Part shown: positions 48,534-58,435 of the stretch, piece by piece
Layout of the letters: each line of letters begins with the position of its first letter
Position numbering within the stretch: the stretch's first letter is position 1
Source of the DNA: Burkholderiales bacterium RIFOXYD12_FULL_59_19
Lineage (GTDB): Bacteria > Pseudomonadota > Gammaproteobacteria > Burkholderiales > Burkholderiaceae_C
DNA length: 64,000 nt
NCBI GenBank assembly: GCA_001771065.1
Contig: MESQ01000034.1
Span: 7,990 to 71,989 of the forward strand
Direction: 5' to 3'
Program-made: the position numbers and the translations under genes
Notes under the pieces: model-generated
What the model was told of the DNA's origin: nothing
Database searches by the model: none
Seen by the model: only the letters and a program-made list of their open reading frames with translations

Positions 48534-50528
48534 ATGCAAGTCAATATCACCACACCCATCTTTGACCGCCGCCCACAAGCGGTGATCGGTAGCGCTGAAG
48601 ATGAAAATCTGTGGGAACTGATCGCGCAGTCTCATGCCAGATCATCCGACTATGGCATTTCGTGCCATGACGAGGCAGATTTCTCAACCCAGGGCCATTC
48701 GTCGCTGATCAGGTCGCTGGATGAAAACAGATTCCTGTTCCAGCATGCGGCCCCGGTGATGGAAGCGCTGTACGCCCAAATCGTGAACACACACAGCGTC
48801 GTTTTGTTGACTGCGGCGAATGGCCTGGTGCTGCATACCCTGGGTGACCCTGATTTTTTGGAGAAAGCCTCCAGAGTCGCACTCACACCCGGCATCAATT
48901 GGTCCGAACAATGCAAAGGCACCAACGCCATCGGTACGGCCCTGCATGAAAAGCGGCCCCTGATGATTGACGGCAGTCAACACTTCATGAACGTCAACCA
49001 GTCACTTACCTGCTCGTGTGCGCCCATTGTTGATCCGTTTGGGCAAGTGATTGGGGCGCTGGACGTGACAGGCGACCATCGACATTCACATCTTCACACA
49101 CTGGCTTTGGTACGCATGTCAGGACAGATGATTGAAAACCATATGTTTGAAGAAACCTTCAGTGAAGAGGTTTGCGTACGCTTTCATGCACGACCTGAAT
49201 TTCTGGGCACCCTGGTAGAAGGCATTGCAGTGTTTTCTTCAGACGGCAGATTTTTGTCGGCCAACCGAAGTGCACAGTTTCAGATCGGGTTGACCCTTGA
49301 AGGGATGCGAGCGCACACGTTTTCGTCACTGTTTGGTATCGCAGTCTCTCGCCTTCATGAAATTTTTGGCGGTGTCATCACCAAACCACAGCAACTCAAT
49401 TTGTTCAGCGGCCTGTCGGTCTGGTGCCAAGTCAAAATAAAGCCACTGAGGCAATGGGTCCATGGACAGGACGCGCGATCCACCATGGCGCCGACTGTTG
49501 TGTCGCGGCAAGTAACCTCGACCAGTCACAAATTGGAAATGTCGAGCCTGCGTTATCTCGATACCGGTGACCCGCAAATATCTGCAGTGATCCGAAAATT
49601 GTGCATGGTGAGAAATCACGACATTCCCATCATGATTTTGGGTGAGACCGGCACCGGCAAAGATTTGATGGCCAAGGCCATTCACTCAGACTCTGAGCGA
49701 TCCAGCCACCCCTTCGTGTCGGTCAACTGTGCGTCGATTCCAGAAACATTGATTGAATCCGAGTTGTTCGGCTACGAAGACGGTGCATTTACGGGCGCGC
49801 GCAAAAAGGGATCCATCGGAAAAATTCAGCAGGCAAATGGCGGCACACTGTTCCTCGACGAAATTGGCGACATGCCCAAACATTTACAGGCGCGACTGCT
49901 GCGGGTTTTACAAGACCGCAAAGTCAGCCCCCTTGGTGCGGGAAAAGAAGTTGAAGTGGATGTGGCGGTCATTTGCGCCACCAATAAAAACCTCAAAGTG
50001 ATGATCGCCGAAGGCGCCTTCCGAGAGGATTTGTACTACCGTCTGAACGGACTGGTGGTGCATTTGCCAGCCCTGCGGGAACGCGCAGACTTTGAATTGA
50101 TGACCAAAAGAATCCTGGTCAGCCTGTGCGACACACTCAGGCCCGTCAGCCTTTCTGATGAAGTCGCCGCGTTGTTCAAAAATTACAGTTGGCCAGGCAA
50201 TTTCAGACAGTTGCACAATTTGCTACGGACAGCCGTGGTCATGACATCACAGGATGGACTAATCGGCAAACAACATTTGCCCGATGACTTCCTGGATGAT
50301 GTAGCACGGTCTGCTCAGAGAATTGCCGGAAAAACAGATCTGCCCCCAAGTGTTGCGCCGATACCAGACGACGACGCTGGCAACTTGCATGATGTCACCC
50401 TGGCAGCCATGGCACAAACGCTGCGGCTGCATAAGGGAAACGTTTCGACCACAGCCAAGGCACTCGGGGTGTCACGCAATACGATCTACCGCAAAAAAAG
50501 CCTTCTTCCCCCCGATGTCTGGGGTTGA
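48534..50528 (+). CDS. Sigma54-dependent enhancer-binding protein, GAF-AAA+-Fis (AcoR-like)
   Basis: GAF domain (WSEQ.KGTNAIGT), GETGTGK, GAFTGA, LDEIGD, YSWPGN and HTH LGVSRNTIYRK motifs. Confidence 0.92.
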   Translation: MQVNITTPIFDRRPQAVIGSAEDENLWELIAQSHARSSDYGISCHDEADFSTQGHSSLIRSLDENRFLFQHAAPVMEALYAQIVNTHSVVLLTAANGLVLHTLGDPDFLEKASRVALTPGINWSEQCKGTNAIGTALHEKRPLMIDGSQHFMNVNQSLTCSCAPIVDPFGQVIGALDVTGDHRHSHLHTLALVRMSGQMIENHMFEETFSEEVCVRFHARPEFLGTLVEGIAVFSSDGRFLSANRSAQFQIGLTLEGMRAHTFSSLFGIAVSRLHEIFGGVITKPQQLNLFSGLSVWCQVKIKPLRQWVHGQDARSTMAPTVVSRQVTSTSHKLEMSSLRYLDTGDPQISAVIRKLCMVRNHDIPIMILGETGTGKDLMAKAIHSDSERSSHPFVSVNCASIPETLIESELFGYEDGAFTGARKKGSIGKIQQANGGTLFLDEIGDMPKHLQARLLRVLQDRKVSPLGAGKEVEVDVAVICATNKNLKVMIAEGAFREDLYYRLNGLVVHLPALRERADFELMTKRILVSLCDTLRPVSLSDEVAALFKNYSWPGNFRQLHNLLRTAVVMTSQDGLIGKQHLPDDFLDDVARSAQRIAGKTDLPPSVAPIPDDDAGNLHDVTLAAMAQTLRLHKGNVSTTAKALGVSRNTIYRKKSLLPPDVWG

Positions 50529-50536
50529 TCGCCGCC

Positions 50537-50917
50537 TCACTTGAGCGACAAAATCCAGTACACCACCTGGCGCGTTTCTGACTCACTGATGGCCACAACG
50601 TTGGGCGGCATGGCAATACCGGCTGCCTTGTTTTTCCAGTGACTGGCGTATGGGTTGGATCCCTCCAGCACGATCCGCGTCAAGAAATCTGCCGCACCGG
50701 GCTTGCCACGGTACTGGTTAGCCACGTCTTGCCAGGCCGGACCCACCGGCAGAACGCCGTCTTTTGACTCAACATGTTTGATGCTGTGGCAGGTAAGGCA
50801 ACCCGCATTGACAGCGACTTTTTTGGCCGCATCGTCAGCTGACTGCTGAGCAAACGCCGTCGTGGTAGCCAGCGCCCATACACTGAACAGGAGGCAAATT
50901 TTGTTTTGGCGGTTCAT
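50537..50917 (-). CDS. Periplasmic c-type cytochrome (c551/c552-like)
   Basis: Signal peptide, CLTCH haem motif, VGPAW and MPPN motifs. Confidence 0.88.
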   Translation of the reverse strand: MNRQNKICLLFSVWALATTTAFAQQSADDAAKKVAVNAGCLTCHSIKHVESKDGVLPVGPAWQDVANQYRGKPGAADFLTRIVLEGSNPYASHWKNKAAGIAMPPNVVAISESETRQVVYWILSLK

Positions 50918-50955
50918 AAGAAGTATCTATAAATGAATCAAAAACTCTGGTCAGT

Positions 50956-51282
50956 CTATGGTTTGTGTGACATCACCCAAGTGGCCAACGTCGTCAAATC
51001 TTCAGCACTGATGCTGGAATGCGGGGGCATGGCCATACGGCCCCACTTGCCCCGCGAACCATATTTGATGCTTTGTGTCAGTGAACCTACTGCATCGACA
51101 TTGCCGGCATATTTGGTGGCCACATCCTGTAAAGCAGGGCCAACAATCTTCTCTTTCACTGAATGGCAGGACAAACAGCCACTGGCTTGAACCAGCTCAA
51201 CGATTTCTGCGCTGTCTTGCCCAAAGGCATGGCCGAACCCGCTCAAGAGCATCAGGGAGGTCAGGAAAAATCTGGGTTTCAT
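50956..51282 (-). CDS. Periplasmic c-type cytochrome (c551/c552-like)
   Basis: Signal peptide, CLSCH, VGPA and G.WG...MPP motifs. Confidence 0.9.
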   Translation of the reverse strand: MKPRFFLTSLMLLSGFGHAFGQDSAEIVELVQASGCLSCHSVKEKIVGPALQDVATKYAGNVDAVGSLTQSIKYGSRGKWGRMAMPPHSSISAEDLTTLATWVMSHKP

Positions 51283-51305
51283 GGTTGAAATTTAATCCAC
51301 AAAGC

Positions 51306-51338
51306 CACAAGGCTCGACGCTGACGAGCGAGCCTTGTG
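51306..51338 (-). terminator. Hairpin downstream of the PQQ dehydrogenase gene
   Basis: CACAAGGCTCG..CGAGCCTTGTG, an 11-bp inverted repeat. Confidence 0.55.
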
Positions 51339-51345
51339 TTGCTTG

Positions 51346-53064
51346 CTACTTGATAAGCTTGAAGGTCCAGACTGAACCGCCCTGTTCGAGCAAGTTCACC
51401 TTTTTGGCGACCTCACCACCCCACAGCGGCACCGCTCCGCCCCAACCGGAGACCACGCTGACATATTGCTCGCCACCTTCTTTCCATGTGATGGGAGGTG
51501 CCACAATGCCAGAACCCGTCTGGAACTGCCAAACCACTTTACCGGTTTTGGCATCAGCTGCCTTCAGGTAGCCTTCTGGTGTACCCCAAAAAACCAAGTC
51601 ACCGGTTGTCATGACGCCACCCCACAAAGGCGCGGTGTTTTTGACTTCCCATGCCACTTTGCCTGTTTTTGGATCAATGGCGCGCAAGGAACCAATGTGA
51701 TCGTCAAAGAGCGGCTTGATGGTGAAGCCGGCGCCCAGGTAGGCAGCACCTTTCTTGTAAGCAATGGGCTCATTCCAGATGTCCATTCCCCATTCGTTTG
51801 TGGGCACATAGAACAGACCGGTCTTGGGACTGTAGGCCATTGGCATCTGGTTCTTGCCACCCAGGAATCCAGGCGCGGCAAAGGCAGTTTTACCTTTTTT
51901 GCCATCCATGCCGGGTGCCGTCGGGTCGCCAGGGCGGTTTTCTTCAATGTAATTCGGACGCCCGGTTTTCAGATCGATGCTGCTGGCCCAAGTGGTCTTT
52001 TTGACGAAGGGAAAGGCATTGACCAATTTACCGGTGGTCGCGTCATTGACATAAAAGAAACCATTGCGATCGGCTTTGGCACCCATGCGCTTGCCGTCCA
52101 TGTCAAAGGTGATGAATTCATTGACACCATCGTAGTCCCAGCCGTCGTTGGGGGTATTTTGATAGTGCCAGACAATTTTTCCGGTCTTGACATCAATCGC
52201 AATGGTCGATGCAGAGTACAGGTTGTCTCCCTTGCGAACGTGGCTGTTCCATGGACCAGGGTTGCCCGTACCAAAATAAGCCAAGCCAGTCTTGGCATCA
52301 TAAGTACCACCCAGCCAAGGGGCTGCGCCACCGGTTTTCCAGGTCTCGCCAGGCCATGACGCGTTTACGGTACCGGAAGTACCGTTGTTCTGGCCATTCA
52401 ACGTGCCCATATGACCTTCAACAGTCGGACGGCTCCAAATTAATTTTCCTGTTTTGGGGTCGCGCGCCTCGACACGCCCGACCACACCGAATTCACCACC
52501 TGAAAGCCCGGTGATTAGCATGCCTTCGGCAACCAAAGGCGCCGCAGAGTAGCTGTAACCCGCGCTGTAATCATCAATCTTCTGCCGCCAAACGACCTTG
52601 CCGGTGGTTTGATCGAGGGCGACCAATTGGGCATCAAGCGTACCAAAAATCACCAGGTTGTCATACAAAGCGGCACCACGATTGATCACGTCGCAGCAAG
52701 GCATGATGCCCTCAGGCAAGCGGTGTTCATATTTCCAGAGCTTCTGACCAGTCTTCGCGTCCAGCGCAAAAATTCGTGAATACGACGCGGTCACAAACAT
52801 CTTCCCGTTGTGTACCAAAGGCTGGGCCTCCTGTCCCCGTTGCTTTTCACCACCAAACGACATGGACCACGCGGGCACCAGGCGGCTGATGGTATTGGCA
52901 TTGACGTCGGTCAAAGTTGAATGGCGTTGGCCTTGTGAACCCATACCCCAACTCAGCACATCTTCGGGTGAACTGGCATCGTTCGCGATCATGGCGTCTG
53001 TGACTTGCGCGCCAACATGGGCGGTTGCTGCCATGATCAAAATACTTAAAAGTTTGCGGTTCAA
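51346..53064 (-). CDS. pedH: PQQ-dependent alcohol dehydrogenase, PedH/ExaF-like (lanthanide-type active site)
   Basis: Signal peptide, vicinal CC (MPCCDV), [18 protein letters not shown], and W-docking beta-propeller repeats. Confidence 0.88.
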   Translation of the reverse strand: MNRKLLSILIMAATAHVGAQVTDAMIANDASSPEDVLSWGMGSQGQRHSTLTDVNANTISRLVPAWSMSFGGEKQRGQEAQPLVHNGKMFVTASYSRIFALDAKTGQKLWKYEHRLPEGIMPCCDVINRGAALYDNLVIFGTLDAQLVALDQTTGKVVWRQKIDDYSAGYSYSAAPLVAEGMLITGLSGGEFGVVGRVEARDPKTGKLIWSRPTVEGHMGTLNGQNNGTSGTVNASWPGETWKTGGAAPWLGGTYDAKTGLAYFGTGNPGPWNSHVRKGDNLYSASTIAIDVKTGKIVWHYQNTPNDGWDYDGVNEFITFDMDGKRMGAKADRNGFFYVNDATTGKLVNAFPFVKKTTWASSIDLKTGRPNYIEENRPGDPTAPGMDGKKGKTAFAAPGFLGGKNQMPMAYSPKTGLFYVPTNEWGMDIWNEPIAYKKGAAYLGAGFTIKPLFDDHIGSLRAIDPKTGKVAWEVKNTAPLWGGVMTTGDLVFWGTPEGYLKAADAKTGKVVWQFQTGSGIVAPPITWKEGGEQYVSVVSGWGGAVPLWGGEVAKKVNLLEQGGSVWTFKLIK

Positions 53065-53174
53065 TTGATCGTCTCCTGCTTATTGGTAAAGATGGTTACT
53101 GGTCTGGCGCAGCATGCCCAGGCAATCGTGAGCTGGTTGAAAATCTCTCCAACAATGCCCACTTGATGAACTCC

Positions 53175-53190
53175 GCAACTTCTATGCCAA
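53175..53190 (-). promoter_or_regulatory. Sigma54 promoter of the PQQ dehydrogenase gene
   Basis: Minus strand TTGGCATAGAAGTTGC fits GG-N10-GC. TGTGACA/TGTCACA dyad at 53274-53319 upstream. Confidence 0.85.
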
Positions 53191-53357
53191 TAGAGAAACG
53201 CTTGCTCCGGGGTGCTTTCGCCGGACGATGGGAAGAATCTTGTCCCATGTGTTCATACACCAACGACCCATGATGTGACAGTGTTCAGAATTGAATCACT
53301 GTGTGCCGAGGTTGTCACAACATTTCACTGTCCGCGCAGGCAGTCAACCCGGCAACC

Positions 53358-54188
53358 TTATGCAGCGCCGCGTTGTTTTATCCAACCCCGCTGTGGGTCA
53401 TAACCCCACCAAGCCAAGCAGAAAAAGACCGTGGCACCGACCACAACCACCGTCCAGGACAGCGCATTCACCTGGCCATACATGGCAAACCGGATGGCTT
53501 CCACCACATGGGTGAAGGGATTCCATTGCGCCAACGTCAACAGCCACCAGGCGCCTGATTCGTCAAGTTTCCACAGCGGGTACAGCGCCGGGCTGATAAA
53601 AAACATCGGGAAAATCACAAAATTCATGGTGCCGGCAAAATTTTCCAGCTGCTTGATGTACACCGACAGCATCAAGCCCATAGCGGCCAGAAGCGTCGCG
53701 CCAGTCACCATGGTCAGCAACATCAAAGGCAGATGTTGCCAACTGAATTCAACACCAAATGCCAGCGAAATCAGCATGAATACGACCATTTGCAACAAGG
53801 ACAGGCTGGTGCCTCCCATCAGCTTGAAAGCCAGCAGCCAGCCACGCGGCAATGGCGCGGTAAGCAGCAGCCGCATCACGCCCATTTCACGGTCATAGAC
53901 CATCGACAAGGAACTTTGCATGCCATTGAACAAGGCCACCATGCCAAGTAGACCTGGCACCATGTAAACCTGGTATTCCACATAGGTTTCATAAGGGGGA
54001 ACAATCGACACGCCAAAAACGTTGTGAAAACCTGCCGAGAACACCACAAACCACAACAGCGGACGCACCAAGGCTGAGGCCAGGCGGGAAGGTTGGCGCA
54101 AAAACCTGTTGATCTCCCGCCCCACCACCGCTCGCATGGCGCGCAGCAGGTGCACGAAAAACACCGGCGTCACGGGCGCATTTGACAC
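53358..54188 (-). CDS. pedC: ABC-2 type permease, PedC-like
   Basis: RE..RF..Q..R..SALVRPL.W, YMVPGL.GM..LFNGMQSSLSMVYDRE.G motifs. Confidence 0.85.
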   Translation of the reverse strand: MSNAPVTPVFFVHLLRAMRAVVGREINRFLRQPSRLASALVRPLLWFVVFSAGFHNVFGVSIVPPYETYVEYQVYMVPGLLGMVALFNGMQSSLSMVYDREMGVMRLLLTAPLPRGWLLAFKLMGGTSLSLLQMVVFMLISLAFGVEFSWQHLPLMLLTMVTGATLLAAMGLMLSVYIKQLENFAGTMNFVIFPMFFISPALYPLWKLDESGAWWLLTLAQWNPFTHVVEAIRFAMYGQVNALSWTVVVVGATVFFCLAWWGYDPQRGWIKQRGAA

Positions 54189-55414
54189 TTTGATTCCTTT
54201 TCATCCGTGCCCAATGTGTCCATCACTTCAGTCGGATGCAATACCCCCTCAAGCGGAGCCAAACCCACGATACCGTCGCCATGGCCGATCAAAATGGGCT
54301 GGCGCAACTGCCCATCCCAGGAACGGAATGACAGGCGTGGACCTTTGTTGCCATCTACAAAAAGCTCGCCCGCGCGCAGTTGTTTAAGTTGCTGGGAGAT
54401 CGCCGCTTTAGGGTTCTCGCCCATCGCCGCAGCCACCGCTTTCACAGCGACCCAGGAAGCCCAGTCCTGGCTTTGCATGGGCCGCTTTACCTGCTTCTGA
54501 AAACGGCGTGAGATTTGCGGGCCGCCATGGCGCTCCCATTGTGGGTGCCAGGCCATCGCCATCAGCCCATTGCTTCCCATCACTGGCCGAGGCCATTGGG
54601 TGGCATAGGGCAAGATGCGGGCAAATTCGCCATGGCTGTCCATCACCGCAACCACATCATGGTCACGCTCATTGGTCAGCAACCGGGTGTTGAACAGGTC
54701 ACGGTCACGGGGATCACCGGAGAGTTTGAAGGGCTTGGTCTGAAGAATTTTGAGTCCGTAGCGCCTGGCTGACACATTCATCGCAGCCGCCTGCAATTGA
54801 TCACCTGGCAAAGGACCTTGCAACAGCAACACCTTGCGCCAGTTGCGTGCCGCCAGGTACTGAGCCAGCGAATCGGTCAACATCTGTCGGCTCGGGTAAA
54901 TGTGCAGCATGGACCCCGAACACGCTTCATTACGCAGCGCGTCACTGTCGGAACTCACATTCAAAACCATGGCGCCATTCAAGACAGTGGGTGCTTGTTG
55001 CACCAATGCTCTCAGCAACTCGGGCGGCAAATCTGCAATGATGTGCTGCACGCGGGCTGACTTCAGCTCAGCCAATGCCTTGGGTAAAGCCTGCGCATCC
55101 GCCAGTTGCACATCGCGCAAGACCAATGCCACGCCAACCTCTTGCAACGCCAGCGCGGTATCGTCAACGGCCATGCGTGCTGCGTCAAGAACGCGCCCTG
55201 CTGGATGTTCCGGGTAAGCGCGCTCAAGTTGTTTGGGCGCATACCGAGGGTCACCTGCCAATGACACCACCGCCACGGTGACGGGTTGCAAGGTGGCCGC
55301 ACATGCCACTCCCGCCGTCACGGCAAACCCACCGAACAAGCTGGCGCAAACGGCCCCTATAAGCTGAGCGCGCCCGCAGCAAAAAATCACGCGATGTGCA
55401 GCGCTCAACATCAA
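54170..55414 (-). CDS. Periplasmic binding protein (leucine-binding fold) of the PQQ-ADH-associated ABC system
   Basis: AQYL..RNWR..LLL.G...D, WERHGGPQ.SRRF, DWASW.AVKA and FR.WDGQLRQPI motifs. Confidence 0.8.
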   Translation of the reverse strand: MMLSAAHRVIFCCGRAQLIGAVCASLFGGFAVTAGVACAATLQPVTVAVVSLAGDPRYAPKQLERAYPEHPAGRVLDAARMAVDDTALALQEVGVALVLRDVQLADAQALPKALAELKSARVQHIIADLPPELLRALVQQAPTVLNGAMVLNVSSDSDALRNEACSGSMLHIYPSRQMLTDSLAQYLAARNWRKVLLLQGPLPGDQLQAAAMNVSARRYGLKILQTKPFKLSGDPRDRDLFNTRLLTNERDHDVVAVMDSHGEFARILPYATQWPRPVMGSNGLMAMAWHPQWERHGGPQISRRFQKQVKRPMQSQDWASWVAVKAVAAAMGENPKAAISQQLKQLRAGELFVDGNKGPRLSFRSWDGQLRQPILIGHGDGIVGLAPLEGVLHPTEVMDTLGTDEKESKCQMRP

Positions 55415-56451
55415 GGCTGCACCAATACACTGTGAGGCACGCGACCCACTGGCACGGTGCGAATGGCCTTGCCACTGACGACATCCACCAGGGTCATGTC
55501 GTCAGACATACCATTGGTCACAAACAGAATTTTGCCATCGGGATGCGGCACCATGCCCCAGGCGCGCTTGCCAACGAGTACAGTGTTGCGCACCTGACGG
55601 GTTGCCACATCAAGCTCAGCCACATGGTTAGCCTTGCCCAGCCCGACCCAGATTGACTTGCCATCCGTACTCAAGGCCATGCCAACAGGTGTAATGTCGT
55701 TGGCCCGGATACCCTTGATCTTAAACTTGATGGTGTGCTTCACCTTCTGATCTTCAGTACTGACGACGCTGACATCGGCGCTGAGTTCGTTGCTCACCCA
55801 CAATTGCTTGCCGTCCGGAGTCAGCACAAAGCGGCGCGGCCGGGTGCCCACGCGAATGTTCTTGACGATTTTTCGGGTCGTCAGATCAATGTAATGGACC
55901 ACATTGGCCTCTTCCGAAGTGACATAGGCGTGTTTGCCATCAGGCGTGACCAGAATACCTTCGGGTTCGCCACCCACCTTGATTTCAAACAGTTTCTTTT
56001 TTGACTGAAGGTCGTAAGCGCCCATGGTGCTATCGTCTTCAATCGTGGCATACACAATTTTGCCATCCGGACTCAAGTCGAAAATCTCCGGGCTGTCATC
56101 CAGCGGCAAGGAGCCTGTCATTTTTCCACTGACCGTGTCCACCAAACCCAGCGCATTGTCATCACCGCAACACACATAAATCTGGCTGTGGTCGGCGTTG
56201 AACATCATGTGCCGTGGCCGCTGACACACGTCAATGGCCGACACGCGTTGCCCCTGGGTGTCGAACACATAAATCTTGTTGTCTTTTTCACTTGACACAT
56301 ACACCCGGTTGCCAGGGATCACCTGCGCCATGGCTGAGCCCGCCATGAATGCCAATGCCGCAATAGCCAGGTGACGACCAACAACAACGCCAAGAAAAGA
56401 CCTCGGGCTGGATGTTAGCGACAGCTGTGAACTTGTGAATACCTTGAACAT
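55411..56451 (-). CDS. YVTN beta-propeller protein (PedA2-like)
   Basis: YVS.EKDN, RPR, EPEG and VG.VPH repeats. Signal peptide. Confidence 0.85.
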   Translation of the reverse strand: MFKVFTSSQLSLTSSPRSFLGVVVGRHLAIAALAFMAGSAMAQVIPGNRVYVSSEKDNKIYVFDTQGQRVSAIDVCQRPRHMMFNADHSQIYVCCGDDNALGLVDTVSGKMTGSLPLDDSPEIFDLSPDGKIVYATIEDDSTMGAYDLQSKKKLFEIKVGGEPEGILVTPDGKHAYVTSEEANVVHYIDLTTRKIVKNIRVGTRPRRFVLTPDGKQLWVSNELSADVSVVSTEDQKVKHTIKFKIKGIRANDITPVGMALSTDGKSIWVGLGKANHVAELDVATRQVRNTVLVGKRAWGMVPHPDGKILFVTNGMSDDMTLVDVVSGKAIRTVPVGRVPHSVLVQP

Positions 56452-56512
56452 GGTGTGTCTCCGAAACAATAATTGGTTTTGACAGAAGGCGATGGAATGC
56501 CTGGGAATGACA

Positions 56513-56528
56513 GCAAAAATCGGGCCAA
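56513..56528 (-). promoter_or_regulatory. Sigma54 promoter of the YVTN-SBP-pedC operon
   Basis: Minus strand TTGGCCCGATTTTTGC fits GG-N10-GC. Confidence 0.78.
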
Positions 56529-56534
56529 GACCAG

Positions 56535-56551
56535 TAGGCACGCTATTTGCT
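56535..56551 (+). promoter_or_regulatory. Divergent sigma54 promoter of the pedB-ABC operon
   Basis: TAGGCACGCTATTTGCT fits GG-N10-GC. Confidence 0.72.
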
Positions 56552-56665
56552 ACACAAAGACATGTCCACTTGGTTTTTTAAAGTCTCATCAACGCACATG
56601 ATGCCTGCATCTCTCATCAAAATCACCCTCACCGTGACGACCACCTTATGCCAGGTTAACCACCC

Positions 56666-57400
56666 ATGTTGCCGTCCGTGTTGAAAGTCCAATGTCTGTG
56701 CAAGTCCTATGGCAGCAAGCCTGCGCTGAAGGGCGTGAGTTTTTGCATCATGCCAGGCGAAATGGTGGCCTTGCTCGGGCCCAACGGCGCTGGCAAATCC
56801 ACGCTGATGCAATTGCTCACCGGCTTGTTCAGCGCTGACCACGGAACGATCGAGGTGTTTGGTCAGGATTTGCGCGCAAATCCCAGCCAGGCGCTGGCCG
56901 GCATGGGGGTGGTGTTCCAGCAGAGCGCACTCGACCTTGACCTGACTGTCAACGCCAATTTGCTGTTTCACACCGACCTCCACGGCTTGGCGCGCCGGGT
57001 GGCGCAGCAACGCATTGCCGATGGCCTGACCGCCATGGGCCTACAGGACAAAACCCATGAGGTGGTTCGCCGCCTCTCCGGCGGTACCAGGAGAAAAGTT
57101 GAACTGGTGCGAGCGCTGTTGCACCAGCCACGGGTGTTGCTGATGGACGAGGCCACGGTTGGGCTGGACCCGGAATCCCGCGCCAACATGTTGGCCAGGG
57201 TGCGTCAATTGGCCACACAAAATCAGGTCGGTGTTTTATGGGCGACCCACATGATCGAAGAAATCAAGGTCACAGACAGGGTCTTGTGCCTGGAACAGGG
57301 CTTGATACGTTTTGACGGCTCGCCTGCGGACTACTTCACGCAGTTCAAAAGCCACGCAACACCCGCTGAATCAAATGCCGAGCAAGAACTTGTCAAGTGA
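56666..57400 (+). CDS. pedB: ABC transporter ATP-binding protein, PedB-like
   Basis: GPNGAGKSTL, VFQQ..LDLDL, LSGG.RRKVE and LLMDEAT.GLD motifs. Confidence 0.82.
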   Translation: MLPSVLKVQCLCKSYGSKPALKGVSFCIMPGEMVALLGPNGAGKSTLMQLLTGLFSADHGTIEVFGQDLRANPSQALAGMGVVFQQSALDLDLTVNANLLFHTDLHGLARRVAQQRIADGLTAMGLQDKTHEVVRRLSGGTRRKVELVRALLHQPRVLLMDEATVGLDPESRANMLARVRQLATQNQVGVLWATHMIEEIKVTDRVLCLEQGLIRFDGSPADYFTQFKSHATPAESNAEQELVK

Positions 57401-57442
57401 ACAGCCGCACTTTCTCCACCAAATAATCCTATTGAACCCATC

Positions 57443-58435
57443 ATGAAACACCTACTGAAAATTGCGATCTGGCTCGTGCTGAGCCTGTCTGGCATAGCGT
57501 TTTCTGCGCCACTGACCACCATTCGAGTCGGAGTGTTGAGTTTTGGAACAGTCGCCTGGGAACTGGAAGTCATGCGCAGCCATGAACTGGCGAAAAAGAG
57601 GGGTGTCGATCTGGTCATTATCCCGCTGGCATCCGGTGATGCGTCCACCATTGCCTTGCAGGGCGGCTCGGTGGACGTGATTGTTTCTGACTGGTTATGG
57701 GTGTCCAGACAGCGGGCGGACGCCAACCTGTTCAGTTTTGTGACCTACTCCAACGCCGTCGGCTCCGTGGTGGTTGAAAAAGACAGCCCTGTCAAAACGC
57801 TGGCGGATTTGAAAGGTAAAAAAATCGGCATTTCGGGGGGTCAATTTGACAAGATCTGGCTTTTGCTCAGGGCCCACGCCATGCGCAATGCTGGCGTTGA
57901 CTTGGCAACAGCCGCTCTTCCGACGTTTGGCGCCCCGCCCTTACTCAACGAACTGATGCAGCGCCAGCAGCTTGACGCAGTGCTCAATACCTGGCCCTAC
58001 ACCGCGCGCCTGGAAGCCAAAGGCATGCAGCGTCTAATTGAACTGCCCGAGATTCTTGCCGGACTGGGTGTAAAGCAACCGATTCCACTGATCGGCTGGG
58101 TGTTCAGGGAAGAATGGGCCAATCTGAACGCGGACGCGCTGAATGCCTTTTTGAGCGCCTCCACCGAGGCCAAAGCTTTGATGCAGACCTCTGATGACGA
58201 ATGGCTCACGCTGAAGCCAAAAATGAAAGCAGAAGATGACGCCATCTTCACCAGCTTGCGTGACAAGTTTCGGGCTGGCATCCCCAAATGCGGCGGTGAA
58301 AGCCCCTTGGCTGACATTGCAAGCACCTACAAAGTGTTGGCAGAAATTGGTGGTGAAAAGCTGGTGGGCAAAACAAGCCAATTGTCAAAAGGCACCTTTT
58401 GGATCAACTACAAATCAACATGTGGCAAACCATAA
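57443..58435 (+). CDS. NitT/TauT-family ABC substrate-binding protein (possibly PqqT-like)
   Basis: Signal peptide, GVL.FGTV.WEL, GG.VDVIVSDWLWVSRQR and DL.GKKIG motifs. Confidence 0.8.
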   Translation: MKHLLKIAIWLVLSLSGIAFSAPLTTIRVGVLSFGTVAWELEVMRSHELAKKRGVDLVIIPLASGDASTIALQGGSVDVIVSDWLWVSRQRADANLFSFVTYSNAVGSVVVEKDSPVKTLADLKGKKIGISGGQFDKIWLLLRAHAMRNAGVDLATAALPTFGAPPLLNELMQRQQLDAVLNTWPYTARLEAKGMQRLIELPEILAGLGVKQPIPLIGWVFREEWANLNADALNAFLSASTEAKALMQTSDDEWLTLKPKMKAEDDAIFTSLRDKFRAGIPKCGGESPLADIASTYKVLAEIGGEKLVGKTSQLSKGTFWINYKSTCGKP

